This document shows positions 26,609 to 36,174 of a stretch of 64,000 nt of DNA, piece after piece. This DNA comes from an uncultured Candidatus Saccharibacteria bacterium (GTDB taxonomy: Bacteria > Patescibacteriota > Minisyncoccia > Phycocordibacterales > UBA5272), in assembly GCA_964369115.1 (NCBI GenBank), contig CAYJED010000005.1, forward strand, positions 2,237 through 66,236, in the 5' to 3' direction. The notes beneath the pieces are model-generated. The model had not been told where the DNA came from, did no database searches, and worked only from the letters and a program-made list of their open reading frames with translations. Numbering within the stretch: the first letter of the stretch is position 1; every line of letters starts with the position of its first letter. Both the position numbers and the translations under genes were made by a program.

Positions 26609-28486
26609 ATGAGTATTAGTAACATCAGTAAAGAAGAACGAAGCGCGCTTGATTCTATTGAGCATGAGCTCTATAACCCTAAAGCGGTTATGGGGTCTTC
26701 TGAGATACACGAAACAAAGCGAAGAAAAGATCTACATCTTCCAACATCTTGGGGTGACGATAGTCCTGTGCTAACAAAAGCAAAAGAAGAAGGTGGTTTT
26801 TCTTTTGGAGCAAAGATGCTTCTTCTTGCGACGGTACTTCTTTTGGCTGCACTTATTTTTTCAGCATGGAGAGTGATCTCTCTTAGAAATGTTGTCTCTT
26901 CTTCAAACATTGATATGGTAGTTGATATTATGCCGTACGTAGAGGGCGGAGAGTCTGTTCCAGTTACACTTATTCTTCGTAACAGAAATAGAGTAACACT
27001 TGAAAATGTTCACGTGACACTTCTTTATAAACAAGGAACTGGTGCTCAAGATGAACAAGAAAAAGTTCAAGAAAAGAAAGAACTGGGTGCGCTTGCCCTC
27101 CTTGAGTCTAAGCAGCAAAATTTCTCGCTTGTGCTTTATGGAAGTGAAGGGGAAAAAAGAGATGTAACTCTTAAGTTGGAATATCAGGTTCCTGGATCTA
27201 ATGCTCTTTTTACAAAAATCAAACAGAGCGAAGTTATTTTACGAACCCCACCTATTTCTGTAAGTATTGACGGCCCTGAAAAACTCTCAGTTGGGCAAAA
27301 CGGCGATTTTGTTATTACTGTAAAAAATAATTCAGCAACCACATCAAAACAAAGTCTTCTTCAGGTGACTATGCCAAATACGTTCACTCTTACAGAAACA
27401 GTCCCTAAACCTCTCTCAAGAACAAGTCTTTCCTGGGCGATTCCTCCACTTCTAAAAGGTGAAAATAAAACCATTACTCTTAGTGGAAACTTTAATGGTA
27501 AAGCAGGAGAAGTTGCAACCTTTTCTTCAAAAATTGGAGCAGAAGGCGATACTCCGTCTTCGATAGGTGTTGTGTACGCTGGAGCTTCTCGAGATGTTAC
27601 CCTTAGAAGTTCACCGTTATCACTTCTCATTGATTTAACAACAGAAAGTGGATCTATGTCTTCCCTTCGTTATGGTGATAGGGCTATGCTTACACTTTCA
27701 TATTCAAATAGTAGCTCACAAGCCCTCGAAGACGTTTCGATTGTGCTCTCTCTTAAAGGTGAAGCACCTCTTTACGATGTTATTAATCCGATAAATGGAT
27801 ATTATGATTCAGAAAAAAGAACCATTACTTGGGATAGGACAACTTTTAGAGAGTTTGCTGTCCTGCCTCCAAACGCAAAAGGTACTCTTCAGGTGGTAAT
27901 ACCAATTATTCCAAAAGGTACAAATTCACCAACCATGACGGTCACTCTCAATGGAACTGCTACCACAAAAGAGCGTGACGATATTGTTGCAACTGTTTCT
28001 AAAGTTTACGCTATACAGGGAAGTGCTTCACTTGAAGCATTCACTCAGTATAAAAATTCCTCTCTCCCAAACACTGGCCTCATCCCTCCTGTGCCTAACC
28101 GGGAAACAACATATACGATTCGTCTCCGTGTCTCAGCACAAAATACGTTAAGTAATGCAAATGCCTCTTTTGTTCTCCCTGCATATGTTTCTTGGAAAAA
28201 TACTTTCCTTCAAAATACAAATGTTACCTATGATACAAAAACTCGCACCGTAACCTGGGGGGTCGGACCTCTTAAAGAAGGTGAGGTGCGTACAGCTGAA
28301 ATCATGGTAGGTGTTCGTCCTTCACAGAGTCATGTTGGAGGTTCCCCGTCAATTACAGGAGGGATAGTTCTGGAAGCTGAAGAAGAAGTTTCAAAAATAA
28401 GACTTAAAAGCACTTTGAGTCCGCTCACTACAGCTGTCTTTAATGAGATGTGGCCAACCAATCCATCAGTTGTTGTTAGTCCATAG
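26609..28486 (+). CDS. Membrane-anchored large extracytoplasmic protein of unknown function
   Basis: One TM helix (LLLATVLLLAALIFSAW) after a ~60-aa cytoplasmic region, followed by ~530 aa that is beta-rich and Ser/Thr-rich. Confidence 0.35.
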   Translation: MSISNISKEERSALDSIEHELYNPKAVMGSSEIHETKRRKDLHLPTSWGDDSPVLTKAKEEGGFSFGAKMLLLATVLLLAALIFSAWRVISLRNVVSSSNIDMVVDIMPYVEGGESVPVTLILRNRNRVTLENVHVTLLYKQGTGAQDEQEKVQEKKELGALALLESKQQNFSLVLYGSEGEKRDVTLKLEYQVPGSNALFTKIKQSEVILRTPPISVSIDGPEKLSVGQNGDFVITVKNNSATTSKQSLLQVTMPNTFTLTETVPKPLSRTSLSWAIPPLLKGENKTITLSGNFNGKAGEVATFSSKIGAEGDTPSSIGVVYAGASRDVTLRSSPLSLLIDLTTESGSMSSLRYGDRAMLTLSYSNSSSQALEDVSIVLSLKGEAPLYDVINPINGYYDSEKRTITWDRTTFREFAVLPPNAKGTLQVVIPIIPKGTNSPTMTVTLNGTATTKERDDIVATVSKVYAIQGSASLEAFTQYKNSSLPNTGLIPPVPNRETTYTIRLRVSAQNTLSNANASFVLPAYVSWKNTFLQNTNVTYDTKTRTVTWGVGPLKEGEVRTAEIMVGVRPSQSHVGGSPSITGGIVLEAEEEVSKIRLKSTLSPLTTAVFNEMWPTNPSVVVSP

Positions 28487-28518
28487 TATTTTAAAGTCAT
28501 TGTGCTAGAATACGCCTT

Positions 28519-29565
28519 ATGAAGGAAACATTACGTATTTCTATTAGCACGGGCACAATTATAAGAACAATTCTCCTTCTTATTTTGTTTGCCGCACTTT
28601 TTTATGTAAGTGATTTAGTTATTGCTCTTTTGGTAGCAGTGGTACTTGCTTCTGCTGTCGAGATGCCAGTTAAAAAACTTGCTTCTTTTGGTATACCTCG
28701 AACATTGTCGGTATCTTCTATATTTCTAACTCTTGTTGCTCTTGTTGCGGTATTTATTTTTGTATTTCTTCCGCCTCTTGCCGATGATCTTGCTCGCTTT
28801 ATTAAGGCGCTTCCTAAAATTCTTGAATCTGTTCGCATCTTTGGTCGCGATATGGGATTCAAAGATCTTGCTCTTGCCATTCAAGAGCTTTCAAGAAACA
28901 TCTCTCAGGGTCAGGTTCTTAGTATTTTAAAGACCGCCTTTCTTGGAACGGGGGGTATTTTTGCAACTACAACAGCACTCCTTGGTGGCATTATAAATAT
29001 ATTGCTTACATTTATTTTAGCTTTCTACCTTGCTCTTGAAGAGCATGGGGTGCAAAAGTTTCTTCATCTTATTGTGCCTCGACATCAAGAAGAATATATT
29101 TCTAACCTCTGGGTTCGTGCACAACGTAAGATTGGCCTATGGATGCAAGGACAACTTCTCCTTTCTGTTATTATTGCGCTCCTGATCTACATTCCACTCC
29201 TTGTGCTTCAGGTGCCATATGCTGCGCTCCTTGCTTTCTTAGCATTCTTTGGTGAACTTATCCCAATGGTAGGACTCACGATTGCTACTGTTCCAGCGCT
29301 CTTTATTGCGTGGACTCACGGAGGACTTTCACTACTTGGTATTGTTGCTCTCATTTACTTTATTGTAAGTCAGCTTGAAAATCACGTTCTTTACCCTAAA
29401 GTTATGAACAAGATGGTAGGGGTTCCGTCAGTTGTTGTCATCCTCTCACTTCTCTTAGGTGCGAAGTTTGCAGGTATTTGGGGAATGTTACTTGCTGTAC
29501 CTCTTGCATCTATTCTTATGGAGCTTGTAGGTGATATTAATAAAAGAAAATCTCATGTCGAATAA
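28519..29565 (+). CDS. AI-2E family transporter (PerM/UPF0118)
   Basis: ~350-aa polytopic membrane protein whose length and topology are typical of the AI-2E family. Confidence 0.55.
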   Translation: MKETLRISISTGTIIRTILLLILFAALFYVSDLVIALLVAVVLASAVEMPVKKLASFGIPRTLSVSSIFLTLVALVAVFIFVFLPPLADDLARFIKALPKILESVRIFGRDMGFKDLALAIQELSRNISQGQVLSILKTAFLGTGGIFATTTALLGGIINILLTFILAFYLALEEHGVQKFLHLIVPRHQEEYISNLWVRAQRKIGLWMQGQLLLSVIIALLIYIPLLVLQVPYAALLAFLAFFGELIPMVGLTIATVPALFIAWTHGGLSLLGIVALIYFIVSQLENHVLYPKVMNKMVGVPSVVVILSLLLGAKFAGIWGMLLAVPLASILMELVGDINKRKSHVE

Positions 29566-30988
29566 AAAGCTTCTCACTACTGCAATTGCATACGCAAATG
29601 GTGCACCTCATATCGGGCACGCTTTTGAATTTGTAACGGCCGATACGCTTAGTCGTTTTCTCAAGAAAGACAATGATGTCTTTTTTGTTACGGGGATGGA
29701 TGAGCATGGACAGAAAATACAAGAGAAAGCTAAGGAGAATAATCTTCCTGTACAAGCGTTTATTGATCAGTATGCAGAAAAATTTAAAAGTCTTGATGCT
29801 CGTATGGGTGTGGAGTATGATTTTTTTGTTCGAACCTCAGATAAAGAAAAACACTATAAGGGTGCTATAGCTCTTTGGAACAAGCTTAAAGAAAATGGTG
29901 ACTTAGAAAAGCGAACATATACCGCACTCTACTGTATTGGATGTGAATCATTTAAAACAGAAAAAGATCTTAATGAAAAAGGGGAATGCCCTGATCATCA
30001 AAAGGCACCAGAAACTGTTGAAGAAGAGAATTACTTTTTCAAACTTTCTAAGTACACAGATCAAATCAAAGAAGCGGTTGTTACAGGAAAGATGTCTATT
30101 GTTCCAGAGACTCGTAAGAATGAAATCCTTGCTCTTCTTGATAGAGGGCTTGAAGATGTTTCTTTTTCTCGACCTACATCAAAGGTATCGTGGGGAATTC
30201 CTGTTCCAGGAGATGAGTCACAAGTGATGTATGTATGGTGCGATGCGCTTTCTAATTACATTACGGCAATAGGGTATGGCACTGAAGCATTTGATGAAGA
30301 AAGATGGAAGGACACAACACATATTATTGGAAAAGATATTTTGCGTTTTCATGCTGCGATTTGGCCGGGAATGCTTATATCTGCAGGGCTTCCACTACCT
30401 TCAAAAATCCTTGTGCATGGCCATATTACAAGTGGTGGACAAAAAATGAGTAAGTCAATCGGCAATGTTATTAATCCTAGTGAGGTGATTGAACTATTTG
30501 CTCCGCTTACTGATTATCCAGGGGAGGTGCTTCGATTTATCTTACTTCATGAAATCCCTTCATTTGAAGATGGTGATCTTACAATGGATTCAATTAAGAC
30601 TGCGTATACAGCATACCTTGTAAACGGTATTGGAAATCTCACTAATCGTATTATGAAGATGGCTATTACTAACGGAGTTAGTTTTACCATAGAAAAAGAA
30701 GATCTTGATCTTGAAGATTTTAATCTCTTTAATGTGCAGGGGGCTATTAGAAATGTAACGCTTACTATGAATTCTTTGGATGAAACCATTGCGATTAATG
30801 AACCATTTAAAGTTGTAAAAGTTGATGAAGCAAAAGGTAAGCAAATGATATATGAATGTTTGGCTGGGTTATCTAGGTTTGCACAAAGACTTAGTATTTT
30901 CATGCCACAAACTTCAGCAAAAATTCTTGAATGTATTTCAGAAAATAAAATGCCAGAGGAACCTCTCTTTAACCGTTTTTCAGCATAG
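29555..30988 (+). CDS. metG: Methionine--tRNA ligase (short form)
   Basis: HIGH motif AIAYANGAPHIGHAFEF, KMSKS motif QKMSKSIGNVI, and a zinc knuckle CIGCESF...CPDH. The start is likely Met at 29555. Confidence 0.9.
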   Translation: MSNKKLLTTAIAYANGAPHIGHAFEFVTADTLSRFLKKDNDVFFVTGMDEHGQKIQEKAKENNLPVQAFIDQYAEKFKSLDARMGVEYDFFVRTSDKEKHYKGAIALWNKLKENGDLEKRTYTALYCIGCESFKTEKDLNEKGECPDHQKAPETVEEENYFFKLSKYTDQIKEAVVTGKMSIVPETRKNEILALLDRGLEDVSFSRPTSKVSWGIPVPGDESQVMYVWCDALSNYITAIGYGTEAFDEERWKDTTHIIGKDILRFHAAIWPGMLISAGLPLPSKILVHGHITSGGQKMSKSIGNVINPSEVIELFAPLTDYPGEVLRFILLHEIPSFEDGDLTMDSIKTAYTAYLVNGIGNLTNRIMKMAITNGVSFTIEKEDLDLEDFNLFNVQGAIRNVTLTMNSLDETIAINEPFKVVKVDEAKGKQMIYECLAGLSRFAQRLSIFMPQTSAKILECISENKMPEEPLFNRFSA

Positions 30989-30990
30989 TC

Positions 30991-31617
30991 ATGGAGAAGT
31001 ATTCAGAAGGTCTCATCGAAATAGGGAAACTTGCTCTTAGCTTTGCAAAAGTAAACAGAACAACTTTTCATGAAGACGGTATTCGTTCTGAGTCCGATAC
31101 TGATCATACGGTTATGCTTGCGCTATGTGCGTCCTCTCTGGCTGATGCGCTGTATAAAGACATCTTAGATGTAGGGATTGTTGCACAGTTTGCAATTGTG
31201 CACGATCTTGTTGAAGTATACGCTGGAGATACTAATAGTATCAATCTCAGCAAGGAGGGGAAAAATGATAAAGATAAAAAAGAACAAGAGTCACTTACTA
31301 AAATTAAACTTCAGTTTGAAGGGGTGTATCCTTGGATTCATACGACAATAGAAAGCTATGAATCACTCGCAACAAAAGAGGCACGCTTTGTAAAAGCGCT
31401 TGATAAGGCGATGACAAAAATTACTAATACGCTTGACTGTGGTGCAGCTATTAAAAAACATAATTTGAAAGAAGAAGATTTTTTTCGTCATTATGAAACT
31501 CAGAGAGAGTATTTAGTTTCGCTCACCAAAGAGTTTCCTGAGCTTATGGATATTTTTGATCTTTTAACTAAGAGGATGGTTGGGGAAATCTATGGCAAAG
31601 GTCATGGTAGTATATAA
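30991..31617 (+). CDS. HD-domain phosphohydrolase (YfbR-like 5'-deoxynucleotidase family)
   Basis: HD motif ESDTDHTVMLAL and downstream VHDLVEVYAGDT. Confidence 0.55.
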   Translation: MEKYSEGLIEIGKLALSFAKVNRTTFHEDGIRSESDTDHTVMLALCASSLADALYKDILDVGIVAQFAIVHDLVEVYAGDTNSINLSKEGKNDKDKKEQESLTKIKLQFEGVYPWIHTTIESYESLATKEARFVKALDKAMTKITNTLDCGAAIKKHNLKEEDFFRHYETQREYLVSLTKEFPELMDIFDLLTKRMVGEIYGKGHGSI

Positions 31618-31634
31618 GTTATAATTTATCACGT

Positions 31635-32483
31635 ATGTCGTACGCACTTTTTGATGCTCATGCACACCTTCACGATAAAGCTTTTGATGAAGATAGAGAT
31701 AAACTCATTCTTGAAATGAAGGGATATGGAGTCGGAGCAATTACTGTTGGGACTGATTTGAAAGAGAGTGAAGCGGCAGTAGCTCTTGCACAGCAGTACG
31801 AGAACATCTACGCTACCATCGGTCTTCATCCAGCAGATAATGTACTTGAGGAGTTTGACAAGGAAGCATTTACAACTCTTCTTCTTGAGAATAAAAAAAT
31901 TGTAGCGCTCGGTGAGTGTGGGCTTGATTATCACTATATAGAAAACTTTTTTAGAAGAGATAAAGAAGAGAAGGGAATCACTCATACAGAGGAAGAAGAA
32001 AAAGAGCGTCAAAAAAGAATTTTTAAAGAGCAGGTAGTTTTTGCTTGCGAAAAAAATCTCCCACTCATGCTTCACGGAAGACCCTCAAAGAAAAGTATGG
32101 ACGCTTACGAGGATATGCTTACCATTTTAGAAGAAGCAAAGAAGGAGTACGGTGTACGTTTGCGAGGGAATGCTCATTTTTTTGTTGGAACCATTGATAT
32201 TGCAAAGCGGTTTGTAGAGATTGGTTTTACAATGAGTTTTTCTGGGGTGATTACTTTTACAAAAGACTACGATGATGTGGTTCGCTTCCTCCCGAGTACT
32301 ATGATCTTAGCAGAAACAGATAGCCCGTATGCGACGCCTGCACCATTTCGAGGGGAGAGAAATAGTCCGATGTATGTACAAGAAATTGTTGCAAAAATGT
32401 CGATACTCCGTAATGAACCACTTGAAGAATTGCGAGTACAAATCATTGAAAATACGAAGAGAATGTTTGATTTGACATTTTAA
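31635..32483 (+). CDS. tatD: TatD-family hydrolase (with a ~30-aa Glu/Lys-rich insertion)
   Basis: FDAHAHL, GECGLDYHY, and the ETDSPY metal-binding motif. Confidence 0.8.
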   Translation: MSYALFDAHAHLHDKAFDEDRDKLILEMKGYGVGAITVGTDLKESEAAVALAQQYENIYATIGLHPADNVLEEFDKEAFTTLLLENKKIVALGECGLDYHYIENFFRRDKEEKGITHTEEEEKERQKRIFKEQVVFACEKNLPLMLHGRPSKKSMDAYEDMLTILEEAKKEYGVRLRGNAHFFVGTIDIAKRFVEIGFTMSFSGVITFTKDYDDVVRFLPSTMILAETDSPYATPAPFRGERNSPMYVQEIVAKMSILRNEPLEELRVQIIENTKRMFDLTF

Positions 32484-32568
32484 GGTAAAAGGTCTAGGAT
32501 TTGGGGAAATAGTCCTTCGTGTCCAGTCCAGGTTTTCAATTCCTTCAACTAAACCTTAGGAGGTTGCC

Positions 32569-32823
32569 ATGGCAAAGCATAATGGGGCCGAGCAAGGTAA
32601 GGTGCTCGGAATGGTGGTCAAAGTTCTTGATCATCGGGATGGGACGACAACGTTTGACGTTGTCTGTCACAATTCGCGCGGGGTGGTTGCTCATCGGGAG
32701 AAGTTCCTACTTCCTCCAAAGAGTCCGCTTCGTTCGAGTCTCGCAAAAGGGAGGCGTACGTTCGTGCGCTTCCTGAAAACCGGGAAAGAAAGGGACAGAC
32801 CTGTTGAGGTTCTCCCTCAGTGA
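32569..32823 (+). CDS. Small basic protein of unknown function (GC-rich island; weak IF-1/OB-fold-like N-terminus)
   Basis: Strong RBS taGGAGGttgccATG. 84 aa. FDVVCHNSRGVVAH echoes the IF-1 pattern FxVxxxNGxxVxAH. A hairpin plus T-run follows at 32826-32872. GC content (~50%) is far above the local background. Confidence 0.3.
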   Translation: MAKHNGAEQGKVLGMVVKVLDHRDGTTTFDVVCHNSRGVVAHREKFLLPPKSPLRSSLAKGRRTFVRFLKTGKERDRPVEVLPQ

Positions 32824-32889
32824 ACAAAGCCGTATCCGTAAAAGGGTGCGGCTTTTCTTTTGGCGAAATATGTGGTATAATAGCAACCT

Positions 32890-33372
32890 ATGACTGAAAT
32901 TAATGAAACCACAGTAGATAGCCGTATTTATGAAATTTCTTTCATCTTTGATAACAAACTAGATGAAAGTGCGGCGCTTGAGAAGGGGAACGCGCTCAAG
33001 CAATCTATTGCTACCCTAGGAGGTAGCTTCATTTCGGAAGAAGCTCCGTATATGCGTGAGCTCGCTTATGAAATGATTCGCGTTGTTAATAATGTGAACG
33101 TCCGTTTTAATGAAGGATACTTTGGGTGGATCAAGTTTGAGCTTGAGCCAGCGAAAGTTAAAGATCTTGAAAAGCTTGTAAAGCAGGATGAAGAAGTTGT
33201 TCGCTTTCTCGTTGTAACAACAGTTCGTGAAAACACTGTATACACAAAGCGTGCTCCTGTTATTAAGGCAGAAACACTCGTTGATAATGAGACTGACGAT
33301 GAAGTAATTGATGAGACAGCAGTTGATACAACTACTGAATCAGAAGTTGCTGTTACAGAAGAGGCTAAGTAA
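32890..33372 (+). CDS. rpsF: 30S ribosomal protein S6 (with acidic C-terminal tail)
   Basis: RIYEISFIFD...YMRELAYEM matches the bS6 pattern R.YE..F......R.LAY.I. It sits in an rpsF-ssb-rpsR arrangement. Confidence 0.7.
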   Translation: MTEINETTVDSRIYEISFIFDNKLDESAALEKGNALKQSIATLGGSFISEEAPYMRELAYEMIRVVNNVNVRFNEGYFGWIKFELEPAKVKDLEKLVKQDEEVVRFLVVTTVRENTVYTKRAPVIKAETLVDNETDDEVIDETAVDTTTESEVAVTEEAK

Positions 33373-33456
33373 TTAGGCTTCCCCCGGTGTACCTTACAAA
33401 AAGGTGTATACTATACTCTAGTATTACCAAGCTAAACATAACAATCGATTTATCGT

Positions 33457-33912
33457 ATGTATCTCAATAAAGTCTTTTTATTCGGAAATCTTACACGTGA
33501 CCCAGAACAGCGTTCACTTCCTAACGGAACTGCGGTAACTAACTTTTCCTTGGCAACTAATCGTATCTACAAAGATGCAGGAGGTGCACGTCAGGAACAA
33601 GTTGAATACCATAACATTGTAGTATTCGGTCGCCAAGCAGAAACCAGTGCTCAGTTTCTTAAAAAGGGGCAAGGGGTAATGATTGAAGGTAGAATCACAA
33701 CCCGTTCATGGGACGATAAGACAACCGGTGAAAAGAAATACCGAACTGAAATTGTGGCAGATGCTGTACAATTTGGTCCAAAGTCAGCAGGCACATCTCA
33801 AGAAGGGTTTGCTGGAAATCCAGATCCGGTGACACCAAAGTCTGCAGCTCCTGAGTTAGATACGATTGATTATGGAGATACCAATGTCAATCTCGACGAC
33901 ATTCCTTTTTAA
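33457..33912 (+). CDS. ssb: Single-stranded DNA-binding protein
   Basis: OB-fold LFGNLTRDPEQRSLPNGTAVTNFSLATNR...YHNIVVFGRQAE, with a C-terminal acidic tip DDIPF. Confidence 0.85.
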   Translation: MYLNKVFLFGNLTRDPEQRSLPNGTAVTNFSLATNRIYKDAGGARQEQVEYHNIVVFGRQAETSAQFLKKGQGVMIEGRITTRSWDDKTTGEKKYRTEIVADAVQFGPKSAGTSQEGFAGNPDPVTPKSAAPELDTIDYGDTNVNLDDIPF

Positions 33913-34062
33913 AAATCCATTAGCATAGAATCTGCTTCGTTAGAAAAACTTTTTTCTCCCGCAATGTACTATATGTACATTTTGGTCAAAAAAAGTTTAT
34001 CTGCCTCGCATATTCAGCACTACTGAATTTTTAAACCACTACGAAACTATTAACTATATATT

Positions 34063-34266
34063 ATGAAAAAACAAGACCACTTCAATCAGAACAATATTAA
34101 GTTCATTGATTACAAGGATACTGAAATTCTCGTGAAATTCCTTAACCCACATGCTCGTATTCTTAATCGTCGTAAGACAGGTCTTACAGCAAAGAATCAG
34201 CGTGCGCTTGCAAATGCAATTAAGCGTGCTCGCTTCATGGGGCTTCTCCCATACGTTGCGCACTAA
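34063..34266 (+). CDS. rpsR: 30S ribosomal protein S18
   Basis: [50 protein letters not shown]. Confidence 0.85.
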   Translation: MKKQDHFNQNNIKFIDYKDTEILVKFLNPHARILNRRKTGLTAKNQRALANAIKRARFMGLLPYVAH

Positions 34267-34270
34267 GTGT

Positions 34271-34310
34271 AATAACAAAAACCACCCTTAAAGGGTGGTT
34301 TTTGTTATTG
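34271..34310. terminator. Bidirectional terminator (convergent rpsR and 34305-34610 gene)
   Basis: aataacaaaaaccaccc-ttaaa-gggtggtttttgttatt. Confidence 0.55.
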
Positions 34311-34610
34311 TGAAGTTTTCCTAAGGTTTACTATAAGAAGATCGGCTATTTCATTCGTATAACTCTCTATTACTCCTGGAAGAACATTTTTATCTTGAAT
34401 AAACTTTACTTCACTTAAAATGCTTGAGAATTTTTCACTGAGCGTTCTGCGTGTATCTTCTTCAAAGGTTTCAAATGTATCAGCATTAATTTGGTCAAGA
34501 TTAAACCCGTGCCTATTAAGTGCTCTATCAAGTAAACTAAGGTCAATATAATCTTTTGCAGCACTGTACCTAGCTACTGTTCCTTCTGGAGAAAAATCTT
34601 TAGTGGTCAC
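34305..34610 (-). CDS. Hypothetical protein
   Basis: 101-aa ORF with good coding potential and its own terminator. No recognisable motif. Confidence 0.3.
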   Translation of the reverse strand: MTTKDFSPEGTVARYSAAKDYIDLSLLDRALNRHGFNLDQINADTFETFEEDTRRTLSEKFSSILSEVKFIQDKNVLPGVIESYTNEIADLLIVNLRKTSQ

Positions 34611-34782
34611 AGCTTCAAAGGCTTATTGTTCAAGGTCGTGCGGGGAAGGATTTATTTCTTGTTGCATGATATCTACAGTGTAACATTTTTAGTGATTTTT
34701 ACCTTTGGCAAAAAAGTGCTTTTTTGGTAGTATGGTAAGTACTATCTGTTATTAAATATAATTAAAGTAATTTAACCATTCT

Positions 34783-35394
34783 ATGCACCCTAAAAAAGAA
34801 AGAACGTTTGTAATCCTTAAGCCTGACGCAGTTCAGCGAGGACTTGTGGGTGAAATTATTAAGCGTTTTGAACGTATTGGCCTTAAGATTGTTGGGATGA
34901 AAATGCACACGGTAAAAGAAGATGTGCTCTGGAATCACTACAATAAAGATGATGCGTGGTACCAGAAGAAAGGGGCTTCCATCATCGAAAACAAGAAGAA
35001 GCTCAGCCTTCCTATAGAAAAAGAACCTCTTGAGTACGGTAAAGATATTATTCGTGCCATGGCTCACTATATGTGTGCTGGACCTGTTGTTTCTCTTGTG
35101 ATTGAAGGAAACAATGCTCAGGCTGTGGTAAAGCGTCTTGTTGGCGGAACTGAGCCTGCAACAGCTGACTCTGGAACTATTCGTGGAGATTACGCTCTCG
35201 ATTCATATTTCCTCTGTGATACTGACGGGTCACGTGGAATGCGTAACCTTATTCACTGTACCGATCCGGCAGATGGTGAAGGGGCGTATCAGCGTGAAGT
35301 TGACCTTTGGTTTACTAAAGAAGAGCTTATGAATTACCGTCTCGTAACTGAAGCAATGCTTTACGATGTAAACTTAGACGGAATTAGAGAATAG
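34783..35394 (+). CDS. ndk: Nucleoside diphosphate kinase (long form with internal insertion)
   Basis: ERTFVILKPDAVQRGLVGEIIKRFERIGLKIVGMKM and the active-site region NLIHCTD. It is ~55 aa longer than canonical Ndk. Confidence 0.75.
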   Translation: MHPKKERTFVILKPDAVQRGLVGEIIKRFERIGLKIVGMKMHTVKEDVLWNHYNKDDAWYQKKGASIIENKKKLSLPIEKEPLEYGKDIIRAMAHYMCAGPVVSLVIEGNNAQAVVKRLVGGTEPATADSGTIRGDYALDSYFLCDTDGSRGMRNLIHCTDPADGEGAYQREVDLWFTKEELMNYRLVTEAMLYDVNLDGIRE

Positions 35395-35404
35395 GTATTT
35401 ATAA

Positions 35405-35438
35405 TAAAAACCCCACCCCAAAAGTGGGGTTTTTATTA
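35405..35438 (+). terminator. Rho-independent terminator after ndk
   Basis: aaaaccccacccc-aaaa-gtggggttttt. Confidence 0.55.
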
Positions 35439-35448
35439 TGGGGTATTT

Positions 35449-35655
35449 TTGAGTATACTTAGATGTATTATGATTTCCTTCTACACGCTCCCGCATTCTC
35501 AAGGGGAGAGTGTCGTTATTTCAAATAAAGAACGCCCAGACCCAGATTCATTTGAACCAAAAGGGTATAAAGTATTTTTTCTACTTCTCATCATTAGTTG
35601 TATTTTTCTTAGTATTGTTTATTATGGTGCTTTTAATATTGAAAGTATTCCTTAG
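35449..35655 (+). CDS. Small hydrophobic protein (hypothetical)
   Basis: 68-aa ORF with one C-terminal TM helix. Weakly supported. Confidence 0.2.
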   Translation: MSILRCIMISFYTLPHSQGESVVISNKERPDPDSFEPKGYKVFFLLLIISCIFLSIVYYGAFNIESIP

Positions 35656-35751
35656 TTTATAAAGTTTTTTTATTAAAAAAAGTTATCCACATAAGTCACC
35701 GTTTTTTAGGTTGACAAAGTATTGCCTGTTTTTTTAACAGGACTATACTTC

Positions 35752-35895
35752 GGGTAGGTGCTAAGGAGTTGTTTTTCTACCAAGTATCGTACGAGGGAAT
35801 ACCAATATTGTTGCGGAATGTGACGTCCGCCGTTTGCCATCCCAATTTTATGAAAAGCGCGTAGACAAATATTTTTCTATCCTTAGCACCTCCTC
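35752..35895 (+). ncRNA. Unclassified structured RNA candidate (riboswitch or sRNA) closed by a 12-bp perfect long-range helix and followed by an intrinsic terminator
   Basis: AGGTGCTAAGGA (35755-35766) pairs perfectly with TCCTTAGCACCT (35880-35891), enclosing ~113 nt with internal hairpins (GCGGA...UCCGC, GUAU...AUAC). A terminator gcccgagag-ttatgaa-ctcgggtg + ttttctttt lies at 35907-35937. The region sits inside a ~390-nt ORF-free gap. Confidence 0.3.
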
Positions 35896-36174
35896 TAAAG
35901 AAAATGCCCGAGAGTTATGAACTCGGGTGTTTTCTTTTGTGGAGTTGCATACAATAAGAGAAGGGGTATAATTACAAATAGAGCGTTTGGGTATTTTTCT
36001 GGATACGCATCGATTGGGTTATGGAATATTGTGAACTAGGCTGTGGCCTTATACGTTTCCTACCCACCTGACTACAAGAATCAGGAAGATGCCCCAAGCG
36101 CTCTTTGCAAAAATGACCACAAGAAGTGGTCTTTTTTGTATCTAAAAGAGAAAAATAAGCATGGTATACTTTTT

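Noticed and set aside
31629-32075. 148-aa minus-strand ORF
   Set aside because: Antisense to the well-supported tatD gene. AT-rich frame artefact.
32519-32872. RNase P RNA or SRP RNA in the GC-rich segment upstream of rpsF
   Set aside because: No convincing P4/CR-I (GGAAAGUCCGGGC...ACAGAACCCGGCUUA), GGGUGAAA, or SRP domain-IV (GGAAGGAAGCAGCC) motifs. Left as an unresolved CDS-versus-RNA call.
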